Positions 46,923 to 58,481 of a stretch of DNA of 64,000 bases are shown piece after piece (within the stretch, counting starts at the first letter, position 1; each line of letters starts with the position of its first letter). The DNA is from Podarcis gaigeae (Eukaryota). Location: assembly GCA_964106915.2 (NCBI GenBank), contig OZ066927.1. One strand, 5' to 3'. A program made the translations under genes and the position numbers. Below the pieces are notes generated by a model. The model was given only the letters and a program-made list of their open reading frames with translations, was not told the DNA's origin and ran no database searches.

Positions 46923-49099
46923 ATATATTCAATGTTCATGAATATTCAGAGGTAGTGTGCTAAGCAGGTTAATATCCTCACTCCAACCTCTGTTTCTCTT
47001 TCGCCCAGAGTCAGGGCTCAGCCACACACACCTTTTTCCTTGCACTTTCTAGGCTGAGCCCTGCACTTTCCCAGTCCATGCCCCAGAGCTCCCCCTGCCC
47101 CACCACTTCACCCAGGAAAATCCACTCTTTAGCACTGAATCGGAACAAATGGCAGTTTGGTTTTTCCCTGGATTGCCATTTCCTCCGATTCAGTGGTAAA
47201 GAGCATGTTTTCATGGAGAAATCAGTGAGAGGGAAAGAAAAGTGCTCAGATGTGGACCTAGAAATCCCAGACTGCACCTAGTTATACGGAGCAAAGGAAA
47301 GTGTGGAAGAGACCTCAAACTCCACAAGGAAAATAACATCTTATGCTGTGTAACACTTTTTAAAGGAAATAAAGCTTTTAACTTTTATTTTTGGTCTGGT
47401 TATTTGTTTATTCCCTTGCAAAGGAAGACCTCAATTTATGACCTGGTTGTTTATCCTGCTATTCCCATTGCAAAGAAAATACTTGGGGCTGGCTGTGTGT
47501 CTCGAGCCTGATCACTTTGACACACACAGCAAAGCTGTTGTTTAAAATTCTCTATCTAGTTCCGCCCCAAAACTGGATCATAGTATGAGCAGCCAGCACA
47601 GCCAATGGCCAGGGATGATGGGAGTTGTAGTCCAGCAACTTCTGGATGGTCACAGATGATCCCCAACCTTGCTTTAGGCACTAACAGAAACCACTTGTGT
47701 TATGCTCAGGGAAAAGCACTTTGAATATGCTCAGAAACATACTCGAGGGACAAGCCAGAGGTTTTGAAAACACAATGTGGCAGCTGTACATCATGTTCCT
47801 ATTAACTGCAGCCTATTTAATAAAAAGGGTACTTTTGCTGGATTTGGCATCATCCAGAGTAATTTTATTGCATTTTCTGCACTCTCCTTAAGCTTCAAGC
47901 TGCTATTAGAGCTGCCCAAACACTGGGATTCTTTTTAGGCCCAAACATTCACTTTCCAAGATTCCAAGTCCTGTAGGCTTTGAGTGGGTATTATTATTAT
48001 TTCAGTTTATGAGTTATGACTTGAAGCAGTTTGTCCACATGCAAATATCTGTCCCCAAGGGGCTCATAATGTAAGCCAGGAATGAAAGTTCTCAATGCCT
48101 GTTTGGAGCACCAGCTCCGAGATGCTCAGATGATTCTGCAATAATTTGCGTGAGGACCCCAGAGCTGGTTCGCAGGCACCCCCCCCCCCCGGACGACAAC
48201 AACAACAAGGTTGAGAGTTTATGAGCTTCTTATGCACTAGGTAACCGAAGCAGACATAACCCAGTTTTTGATGCACATGATTACAGATGTTTTTTTTAAC
48301 AAAGCTCATAGTTTTATCCCAAAAGTCACTATGGGAGCCATGAAGCGAGGAGGAAAGGATAGGATGTATGTTAGTTATTTGTTTGTGACATCCAGAGCTT
48401 TATGCATCAAGTCAGTGGGGTCCATCTAGTCCGGCATCCACAATGGCCATCCAGCTGCCCAGTGGGGAATTTGCAAGCAGGACCTGAGCTCAAGCGCACT
48501 CTCCCCTCCTGTGGTTTCCAGCAACCACCATCCAGAACTCAGAAGGATTATTATTTCATTTATATTCCACCTTTCCTCCAAGGAGCTCAAGGTGGCATCC
48601 TATGAAGTTCTCCTCCTTATTTTATCCTCAACACAACCCTGTGAGGTAGGCTAGGCTGAGAGATAGTGATTGATTGAACCAAGGTCACCCTCCTGAGGTT
48701 CATTGTGGCTGGGTAGGGAATAGAACCCTGGCCGTCCAGGTCCTTCACTCTAACCTCTGCGCGACAGGCTCGTCCCTTCATTGCAGGTTCTTCTTCGCGC
48801 CTAATTTGGTTTAAGCTTTCTGGTGGATTAGTTTACTGGTTTTTGCCCCGCTGCCATCGGGAACCTGAAGTGATGGTTACTTTGAGCACTCTACCTCTAA
48901 CTCTTTGGAAGTTCTCTTTTCTTCCTTTATAGACTTAGTATAGATTGACATATAGGGCTCAACTCCCGGGTTTCTCTCCACCTCCCTCCCCGAGTGAATA
49001 AGTATGAAATGGCCATAGAAATCAATAGGCAGGTTGCTAAAAACCACGTCTAGGTTAAATCGGTTGGTTTCTCCGTCTATTTCTGCGGGCAAAAAACCT

Positions 49100-49600
49100 A
49101 GAAAACACGGACGCCCAGGTCACATCGGGAGCCCTCATTAAGGAGGTGAGGGGGCTACTCTACATTATTTATCTCCGCGTTCCTCTCTCTCCTTCGTCGG
49201 TTTGCGGCAGTGTGGCGGAAATAGCTTATCACACAGTGTTGTACGAGCATATACTTCCTCGGCGAAGCTTTACGGCAGTGTGGCGGAGAAGGGAGATGCG
49301 AAGATGGCTACGGCTGTGTCGCCCTTCAGCGGAGTCCTGCAGTTGACGGACCTGGACGACTATATCGGGCCGTCGCAAGTGAGTGGGGCGGGGGAGGAGG
49401 AAGAGAGAAAGGGGAGGCAGGAGAACGAGAAGGATACAGGCATTTGGGGCCGGTCCCGTGTCGTATTCTTTGCAAACCTTACAACAACCATGTGAGGTAG
49501 GCCCGCAGTAGCAGCACACGCATGCGCGCCCATTGCTGAGGCTCAGAGTGAGCGGCCCCAATATGCGGGGCCAGGGTGGTGTCATGATTAGAGGGTCAGG
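49100..49600 (+). promoter_or_regulatory. CIAO3: CpG-rich promoter / first-exon region of CIAO3
   Basis: Visibly elevated CpG density. ETS-like ACTTCC at 49253, YY1-like AAGATGGC over the start codon, NRF1-like CGCATGCGC at ~49519. Confidence 0.75.
49304..49378 (+). CDS. CIAO3: CIAO3 exon 1
   Basis: aagATGg; [25 protein letters not shown]|gtgagt. Confidence 0.95.
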
Positions 49601-49870
49601 TTAGGGAAACCTGGGTTCAAATCCCTTCTCAGCCATCGGAGACTCATTGGGTGGCCTTGGTCTGGTCAGGGTTGTCAAGGGAAGGAAGGAAGGAAGGAAG
49701 GAAGGAAGGAAGGAAGGAATCAAAAGGTTCTGGCCTCAGCAAATTGAAGACGGGACTGGTTTTAAATGTAATGAAAAATGTAAAGTGTCCAAAGTAAGGT
49801 GCATCCATTCTTTCTCCTGGCAAACCTCACAGTGATACCTGTAAGGGGTAAGTTGCTTTATCCTAACCAT

Positions 49871-49915
<45 letters not shown>

Positions 49916-52900
49916 GTGAGTGACGGGGTGGGGAATAAACTTGGCATTACCAACCAGATTATCAATGCCTGATGCAGGAATTTCTGAACTGTCCAGTGGG
50001 AGTCTAGGAGGAAACACTGCTGCTTCTTCCTGAAGTATGGATTGCGGTGTGTGTGTGTGTGTTTTGGTGTTTATTTTCAGTAGTTCAATTTCCTTTCAGG
50101 ATTGCATAAAACCCATCAAAGTTGAGAAGAAGCATGGGAAAGCAGCAGCAAAGATCCACATTGAAGATGATGGGACTTACATTCAGGTTGACAAGGTAAA
50201 GTTTCCCCTCCTCAGTTTGATCACTGAGATGGAGCGGGGAAGCTTTTTTTAAGTTGTGTGTTTTTGCATTCCACCATCAAGCTTCTGGGGGCCACGTGGC
50301 AGTGGTGGGCAGGGCCAGAGGTGAAAGCGGGTGATGCCATTGCTGTGCCTTTTATACTTGTATAAGAGTTACAAAATAGGTTTGGGGATCAGCGGTTACA
50401 GCTCTGCAGCCCCAGCTAGGAGTTCAGAAGCCTCTTGGAAAGGAAGTTGGGTAGCAGCCCTCCAGGAAGGAGGACCTTTTCAGTTGTAGTCAAGAAAATT
50501 GTCCTGGTTAATGGATGCTCTCAAAAGAGCAATTACTCCCCTCTTCTCTTTGGACTGCGAATCTCTCATATTTGGCCCTACAGTCCAGAGCCAAAACTTG
50601 TTACAGTCCTTGGGCCCCTCTGTGATGCTTTTATTTATAAAATCTCCAACATCATCATCAGATGGTGGGGAGGTAACCCCTGAATGACTGCTATGAAAGC
50701 TGGAAGTACTTTTCAGGAACGCTTGGAAGCCGATCTCCATCCCCTCTGACCAACTCTCCCTTTCAGGACGGAGGGTCGCAAAAGCTTGAGAAGGCCAAAA
50801 TCACCCTCAATGACTGCTTGGCATGTAGCGGCTGCATCACGTCTGCGGAGAGTGTCTTAATCACACAGCAGAGCCACGAGGAACTCCTCAGGGTCTTAAA
50901 TACTAATAAAGTAAGTTGTTGATGCTGTCAGCATGTGAGTCATAGGGCCTGAGGACCTGGAAGATGAACTCTTTCTTGCCCACTTGTGCAGGAGAAGGCA
51001 GCTATAGGGGTCTGGTCTAGGGACATAAAGGTAGGAAGTTGCTTTATACAGGAAGCCAGACCATTGGTCCATCTACACTGACTGGCAGTGGCTCTCCAGT
51101 GTTCCCAGCAAGGGAATTTCTAAGCCTTACCTGGAGATGCTGCTTGGGACCTTCTGCATGCAAGGCAGTTGCTCTGCCCTTGAGTTACAGCCCTTTCCCA
51201 CTGAGTAGGCTGGATTTTCTTCCACTGCCAGGAGCAATGTTAGCAAGCTGTTTGCATTCTGGTTGGCTTCAGAGCAAATTATCTAGACCTATTATAAAGC
51301 TGCTGGTAGTTTTGCGTTTGTCTTCCACTTCTCATTGCATTAGGGACTAGATTCTCAACATATATATATTTTTAAAAGGAATCCAGCCATTTCATGCTAG
51401 CTACAGAAAGGCTCAGGGCACCTCAAGATAGAAAAGGTAAATACTCCAGCAAATACGAATTTCATGTTGATGATTGTTTGTTTTTTTAAGACGTCAGGTT
51501 CTGCTTCCCAGAAGCTGGTGGTGGTGTCCGTATCTCCCCAGTCCCGAGCTTCGATGGCGGCAAAGTTTTCACTGACTCCTTTAGACACAGCCAAGAAACT
51601 GGTGTCTTTCTTTAAAAGTTTAGGTGAGCAGCAATGTCTCTTCTGAAGTATGTAGCTTGATGATTTAGTAATTAAACACACTTGGGATCAAACGGATTCC
51701 TGTGTTCCTGAGCATCACATTTCTGTGACGAAGCTGGTAGGATAAAACTACTTGGGGGCTGAAGATCTTGCTGCCTTTTCGCCCTTTTAACAAATAGCTT
51801 TTAAACATCATTCTCATTTAGATGTCTGCTTGAACGGATTGCCCATATTAATTAAGTTGGGACTTATTGTCAACTGATGATCTTTCTTTCTTTCCCCTCT
51901 GTTACATTTACAAAAATATATTTAAAAAAAATTGCAGGGGGAAGATAAAAAAACTGACCAAACTTCCTATCACTTGGATGGTTTTGTTCACCCTTGTTGC
52001 AGAGGGTGTTGAGTTGACACAGTTTAGGAACAGCTCACCAATCCAGCTGGCTCAGTATTGTCTACACTGGCTGGCAGCAGCTCTTCAAGGTTCCAGACAA
52101 GGGTCTTTCTCAGCCCTACCTAGAGATGCTGAGGATTGAACCTGGGACCTTCTGCATGCAAAGCAGGCCCTCTTCCATTGAGCTGTAGCCCTTTGCTTAA
52201 CAAAGGAACAAAGGAAGCTGCCTTGCACAGAGTCGGATCATTGGTCCAATGACACCTGTATAGAAAGCTTCTGGAAGCCCCCACCACTCCACAAATGTGC
52301 ACCTAACCTCTCCCCCTTCCCTGTCTCAGGGGTGCATTATGTCTTTGACACGACTTTCTCAAGGAACTTCAGCCTGCTGGAGAGCCAGCGAGAGTTTGTG
52401 CAGCGCTTCCGGAGGGAAAAGGAAGACAAGAAGGCTTTGCCTATGTTGGCTGCTGCCTGCCCAGGTGAGGCTGTTGTGGGGGGAGAGAGTGGGGTGCGGG
52501 CCCTGCAACTGGTGCTACCCATCATCCAGGAACCTCAGATTTTAAGACAGTGATGGGTGGGGCCAGAAGGAAAAGAGGGTGGAGCAATGAATGTGAATTT
52601 TTCCTTTAAGCCGTAGGCTTCCTCTCCGCTTCTACTCACATACCCTTCTCTAGCCTTTTCAGGCAAGCAGGAGTCACTATCAGAGTACAAGGGCACATCC
52701 CAGCCAAGCAGAAACATTCAGAGAGGGTGCAAAGCTTAGCTGGTGAAGCGGGTAGCCTGGGGAAAATCCCAAGGGCCAAATAGAGAGGTCTGGAGGGCCA
52801 CATTTGGCCTCCGGGCCTGAGGCTCCCTGCTCCTGCTGTGGACTATAAATGGGACATTCCAATATTTCTTTACAGCTGGTTGCATGCTGTTGCAATTCCG

Positions 52901-55900
52901 TTCCCTTTTTGGGTTTGTAGTCCTTTTTCTAGTCCAGCTCTATCCCTGGCAACACAAACATTGTTGAGCAGCTTTTCCTTTTAATCCCTTGGCCTTTCTT
53001 CCAATAGGCCAGCAAGAGGAGAGTGGGATGGGGGTGGATGCTGCCTTTGGAGCCTGGAGGCAGATTTGTGACTTAAGGATGTTGGTTCTTCTTCCTCTTT
53101 CAGGCTGGATCTGTTATGCCGAAAAAACCCACGGGAGTTTCATCATCCCTCACGTCAGCACGGCCAAGTCTCCCCAGCAAGTGATGGGCTCCCTCGTCAA
53201 GAGGCACTTTGCCAAACAGCAAGTGTGTGTTCTGTGGCAGGCACTTTTCGCAGGGGAACTGGTGTCCTAGAAAGTCTGGGAGCAGCAGCTGGGCTTCAGT
53301 TTGTGACCTCCCCATCAGATCGCCTCTGCAGAGAGCCAGAAAAGGGGTTACCCTCTCACCCAACCAACCTTCTGCAGAAAGGGGAGCTCAGACCCTTTCC
53401 ATGCCAGGGCAGTGCTGTTGCTGCTGCTGCTGCTGCTGCTTTCTTCTTAGGGGCAACCATCTCAAGCCACCCAGAATTGTTATTACCCTATGGAATGACC
53501 TACTCTCACTTCTTTGGGTTTAGAGCAGCCTTTGCCCGATCCTGGATCCCTCCAGATGTTTTGGACTACAACTTCCGTCATCCACTGCCAGTGCCATTGT
53601 GGCTGATGGGAGTTGTAGTCCTGAACACCTGGAAGGCACTAAATGGTTGGCAAAGGCTGGTTTGGACAAATTTGCAAAGGGTGCTACTAGTTAATGGTTG
53701 CTAGATGGAGGTTTTACACCTCTGAAATGCCACCTACCAGGGACAAAACCCAAACAAACTGGAAGTGGTTATTGCCTTCATTCTTTGCTTGTGTGTCTTT
53801 TGCGGTGCCCTACTGGTGCCACTGTCAGAAACATGAAATCAGGACTAGTTTTTGCTGAAGAGATATCCCAATCTCTTCCCCATTTATAGCACTTGACACC
53901 TGACCAGATCTACCACGTGACAGTGATGCCTTGTTACGACAAGAAGTTAGAAGCTTCCAGACCTGACTTCTTCATCCAAGAGCACCAGACCCGTGAGGTT
54001 GACTGTGTGATTACTACAGGTAGAGCGGAGCCAGGAACTGTGATGCAGTCAATGTTTGAGTTAGAAACACCCAGAGGATTCCTGGCTTGAGATGCAACTG
54101 CCCGTTCACTAGCTACTACTTCCACCCTGCCCCATTTGAATTAATGGAGCCCAGCCCTCAACCTGCCAGAGGTTTCTACACATACAACCTCCTGCATCAC
54201 TGCATCCTGGCGAGCCAGAGGGATTATGCCATTTCAAGGACATATTCCAGCCAAGCAAAAGTTCTTGAGTAGGGGCGCTGATTGGAGCTGGTTTGGGGAG
54301 TGTCCTGGGGGCCGAATGGAGAAGCTTGGAGGGCCGCACTCAGTCCCTAGGCTTGAGGTTCCCCATCCCTGAACTCAAGAGAGGATTAATTCATTGCCTG
54401 GTAACTCCTCTCTGCTTCCTGCCTCCGTTCCATACAGAATGCAAACTCCCTTGCATTTGTTCTGTATTTCAGGAGAAGTTGTGAAGTTGCTCGACCAGGA
54501 GAAGGTAACCCTATCAGAAGTGAATCCTTCCCCTTTGGATACCATGTAAGATCCGAAGTCGCTTAACTTTGCTACGCTTACATCCGGCTTGCTTCTTTCA
54601 CATGTGCTCGATTTGCAGAACTTTAATCAGGATTTGGCCTTTATCGGCATGCAGTCGGGCATTTCGAGTTTTGCATGGTGCCTGACACTGTTTCTTTTCT
54701 CCCTTCCATAGGTTTAGTGGTGTGTCTGAAGAGGAGCAGTTGCTCGGGCACTCTGGAGGCGGTTCTGGGGGCTACCTGGAGCACATCTATAAGTATGCCG
54801 CAAGGGAGCTCTTTGGTATTCAAGTGGAAGAAGTTCGCTATAAGGCACTGAAGTAAGGATATTGCATTACCGCCTGGAGCTCTTACCAAGGATCCTCTCC
54901 CAGCCCATTTTCCCCAGCCTGCACTCTCTTCCAGTTGCTGCTGCCTATCCCTTGCTCCATCCTCTCTCGCCGGCTAAAGAGCCATCAGCCCATTGCAAGC
55001 AACCGTGGAAGGTGCAAGAGAGCCATGGTCTGGGAGGAAGCATTCGTTTTCCAACCAGGCTGACTTCCCCACCAAAGTTGTACTGTTCGTCCATGTTCCG
55101 TTGCTGCCAGTTTCTGCTCTGAGCAGATGGAATAGTGGCTTGGGAGCGTGTCTGAAGAGACCATGTTTTGCAGTAGCAAATCTCTGGTTCCTCCCTGACC
55201 CCTTTTAATTCTTCCCCAGAAACAAGGACTTACAGGAAGTGACGCTGGAGAAGGATGGCAAAACCCTCTTGCATTTTGCCCTGGCATACGGATTTCGGAA
55301 CATCCAGAACTTGGTGCAGAAACTGAAGCGGGGGAAGCTGCCGTATCACTACATCGAGGTGATGGCTTGTCCTTCAGGTGAGGCCACCTGCAGGTTGGAA
55401 ACGGCAGGGGGGATAAGAAAAGCCTGCATGTCGCTTGGAGCTCTCTGGCAACATCCTAAGAATTCTCCCTTTCACTCCTACCAGTTAATAACAACAACAA
55501 CAACAACAACAATACTATAAATAAATAAATTATTTATACCCCGCCCATCTGGCTGAGTTTCCCCAGCCACTCTGGGCCCGGCTTCCAACAAAATATTAAA
55601 AATACAATAAAACATCAAACATTAAAAACTTTCCTAAACAGGGCTGTCTTCAGATGTCTTCTAAAAGTCAGATAGTTGTCTGATGGGACATCTGATGGGA
55701 GGGCGTTCCACAGGGCGGGCGCCGCCACCGAGAAGACCCTCTGCCTGGTTCCCTGTAACCTCACTTCTCGCAGTGAGGGAACCACCAGAAGGCCCTTGGA
55801 GCTGGACCTCGGTGTCTGGGCAGAACGATGGGGGTGGAGACTCTCCTTCAGTTAAAAAGAAGCAGGTTGCTGTTTTGTTTGTTACAAAGTTATGTATTTT

Positions 55901-56838
55901 TATGTTTTTATATTGTAAACAGCCCTGTGATCCTTAGATAAAGGGTGGTATAGAAATATAATGTATAAAGAAATAATCTGAAATGCCACCTCCTTCCTCA
56001 CAGACCCTCTCAGGCGTTGATATCGGCAGAGGGCGCCCTCATGGTTGCTCCATCTCCCTCAGACATTTGAGAGGGGAGTGACCTGTAAGAGGGCCTTCTC
56101 TGCGGCAGCCCCTAGGCTGTGGAATTCCCCTACCTGCAGAGGTGTGCCTGTCTTCTTCACTGGTTTCAGTGAATGCTGAAGACACACTTCTTTACCCCAG
56201 CCTTTGACACTTGAGATGTGCCTTTCCAGGGACTCCGCTGTTCTTCCTATGACCGTCATGTGTTTTTAGTCTTTCATTGCTGTATCCTGCCCTGGGTCTT
56301 GCTGGTGAAAGGCAAGCAATACATTTGGTGATGATGATAATATTGAAGCTCTAGCTTAGCTAACTCAGGTACTTCCTTCGACCTGCTTCCCTCCAGATTT
56401 GAGCTCCCAGCAGGCACCAGCCTACAAAGATCATTTTGAACTTGCGGCCTTGTGTGCCTGGGGCTGATGGGAGTTCTAGTTCAAAGCATTTAGAGGGTGC
56501 CAGCTTGGGGAATGCAGGTTTAGCTTAAAAACTCACCTATATTCTTCTTGCCTCTTCTGCTGGGATCCACTTTCTTCCCACCCCCTTGTTTCTTTCCAGG
56601 CTGCTTAAATGGAGGGGGCCAAATTAAAGCCGAAGGGGAGCCCAGCAAGGATCTTCTCCAGAGGGTGGAGAGGCTGTACGAATCGGTCCAGCCTGAAAAC
56701 CCGGAGCTGAATGGAGCCGTGCAGGCACTCTACAAGGAGTGGCTGGGTGGCCCTGCTTCGGAACAGACTCGAGACATCCTGCACACGGGGTATCACGCAG
56801 TGGAGAAGTCAAGCGCCACCTTGAATATCAAGTGGTGA
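49304..56838 (+). CDS. CIAO3: Cytosolic iron-sulfur assembly component 3 (NARFL/IOP1), 11 exons, 480 aa
   Basis: join(49304-49378,50100-50195,50767-50910,51491-51623,52330-52464,53104-53222,53890-54019,54473-54545,54712-54852,55220-55377,56600-56838) = 1443 nt. Motifs [60 protein letters not shown] and C-terminal IKW. Confidence 0.97.
49680..49719. repeat. (GGAA)n microsatellite
   Basis: Direct reading. Confidence 0.95.
49872..49910. repeat. (GT)n microsatellite
   Basis: Direct reading. Confidence 0.95.
50100..50195 (+). CDS. CIAO3: CIAO3 exon 2
   Basis: [16 protein letters not shown]. Confidence 0.95.
50767..50910 (+). CDS. CIAO3: CIAO3 exon 3
   Basis: [32 protein letters not shown]. Confidence 0.95.
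51491..51623 (+). CDS. CIAO3: CIAO3 exon 4
   Basis: [26 protein letters not shown]. Confidence 0.93.
52330..52464 (+). CDS. CIAO3: CIAO3 exon 5
   Basis: [22 protein letters not shown]. Confidence 0.95.
53104..53222 (+). CDS. CIAO3: CIAO3 exon 6
   Basis: [25 protein letters not shown]. Confidence 0.95.
53890..54019 (+). CDS. CIAO3: CIAO3 exon 7
   Basis: [31 protein letters not shown]. Confidence 0.95.
54473..54545 (+). CDS. CIAO3: CIAO3 exon 8
   Basis: [24 protein letters not shown]. Confidence 0.93.
54712..54852 (+). CDS. CIAO3: CIAO3 exon 9
   Basis: [32 protein letters not shown]. Confidence 0.95.
55220..55377 (+). CDS. CIAO3: CIAO3 exon 10
   Basis: [32 protein letters not shown]. Confidence 0.95.
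56600..56838 (+). CDS. CIAO3: CIAO3 exon 11 (terminal)
   Basis: [26 protein letters not shown]. Confidence 0.95.
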
Positions 56839-56983
56839 AGAGGGCTGGGAGTGCTGTGGGCACAGGTGTCACAATCATGCCCTCTTGATTTCCTTTCCCT
56901 CTCCGAAGTGGTTGCTGGAAGGACAGAGACTGTTCATAGGTGGCAAAATATGTAGCAAATCCACCTTTGGTACCAAAGACTGG

Positions 56984-56989
56984 AATAAA
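56984..56989 (+). terminator. Candidate CIAO3 poly(A) signal (others at 57913 and 58417)
   Basis: AATAAA about 145 nt after the stop. Confidence 0.45.
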
Positions 56990-58467
56990 AATGATTACGG
57001 ACAGAGGGTTTGGCTTTAAGGAGAGCTGTGTTCATCTGTATACCCTTGCCTTCCCTCTAGCTTCTGACAGCCATGACTGTTGGCCATCCTGGCAGCATCT
57101 GGAGTCCAGTGATATCTGGGGGGCATGTTACATGTTGCTACCATAAACAATTGTCCTAGATCAAGATCTCTCTCTCCATAATCCACAATGCAAAGGAAAA
57201 CACAATACTAACAGATGCTACTTGAGGGATTGTCACAGGAGCCAGGCAGTCAGCCTCTTGCAGAGTTTCAGTTGGAAACAGCCCGTTTTGTGGCTTGCTG
57301 CAGGTTGGGGGCTCTTGGATGTCTGCCCAAAAGGGGGCTGGAACACGTTCTTGGGGTTCAAAGTATGTATACCTGCCTTAGCTCAGAGTGTGTTTCCAGA
57401 GCTCTCTGTGCTTTTGGTCTCATTCCTGCCACTTGCCTACAATGAATTCCCTTAGTAACAAAAAAACAGCAGCTGTTATAAATCTACAGGATAAAGAGTT
57501 AAGAACTTCAGAAAGAGCCTCCTGGATCAGGCCAGTGTCCATACACTCCTACATCATCTTCTCAAGAGTCCCAAATCAATCTCTGCCCTACCTTTTTCAT
57601 GCAGAGATTGGAAGTTCATGCCCCATCCTGGACGGGAGCAAAATGTCACCTACAACACTGAAGTGTGGCCTTTAAAAGAACTGTAGCCAGAAACTTGAAA
57701 TGTTTCAGGCCTGCTTTATTATTTCCTTATTCTCTGCACCCACAAAGCCAAGAAGCTTTTTCTCCAGGAGTGATGGGATTACCTAAGGAGACTCTTTAAG
57801 AGGCAAGGGGGATCTAGAGGTATAAATGACTTTCAGACTTTGAAAAGCTGGTGTCACTCGATCAAGTTCACCAGTTTTGTTGAATTAATTAAATAGTTTT
57901 AATTGGATTTTGAATAAATGCAGTTAATTGTTACTGTTTTGAATTTTATTGTGTTATTATCTTCCTTGGTGGGTCATGCAAACTGCTAGTCTGAGTAACA
58001 CTTTTTATAGAGTAGGGGGCACTGGGACCAACGGTGGAGATGGCCTGAAAAAGTTTGGGAACCATTGCGATAGACTGTGAAGAAGCAGTTTAAGGGTGCA
58101 GCTAAATTGGAAGCAGAAACTCCGTGATTAGGTCCTCATGGAGTTTCTCATTTAAAACTGAAAATCACAGGGATAAATTAACACTCATCCAGATCCAGTT
58201 CTGAAAGGTTCAGGATACTGAACTTCATTGTTTCATTTGATGTCCACAAGTTCTAGTGCTATGATAGAGGGGGAAATTGTGTTTGCTTCCTAACACTTGC
58301 AATCAGCCTGTCTTTGCTGGTGGCGAAAGTCTCGGCTCCAAGAATTAAGAGGCAGAACCACAGCTTAGCGCAAGAGATGTTTATTGTCAGAGCAGAACAC
58401 CATTGTCAATATTTGGAATAAAAGGCTCCCACACAACTTACACCTGAGGCAGCTGCACACCTCCACA

Positions 58468-58481
58468 CCACTAGATGGCAG
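58468..58481 (+). promoter_or_regulatory. CTCF-like motif between the convergent CIAO3 and HAGH genes
   Basis: CCACTAGATGGCAG matches consensus CCASYAGRKGGCRS at all positions. Confidence 0.55.

Noticed and set aside
49205-49290. Canonical iron-responsive elements at the two repeated CAGTGT
   Set aside because: Flanks TGCGG/GGCGG and TACGG/GGCGG cannot form the upper stem.
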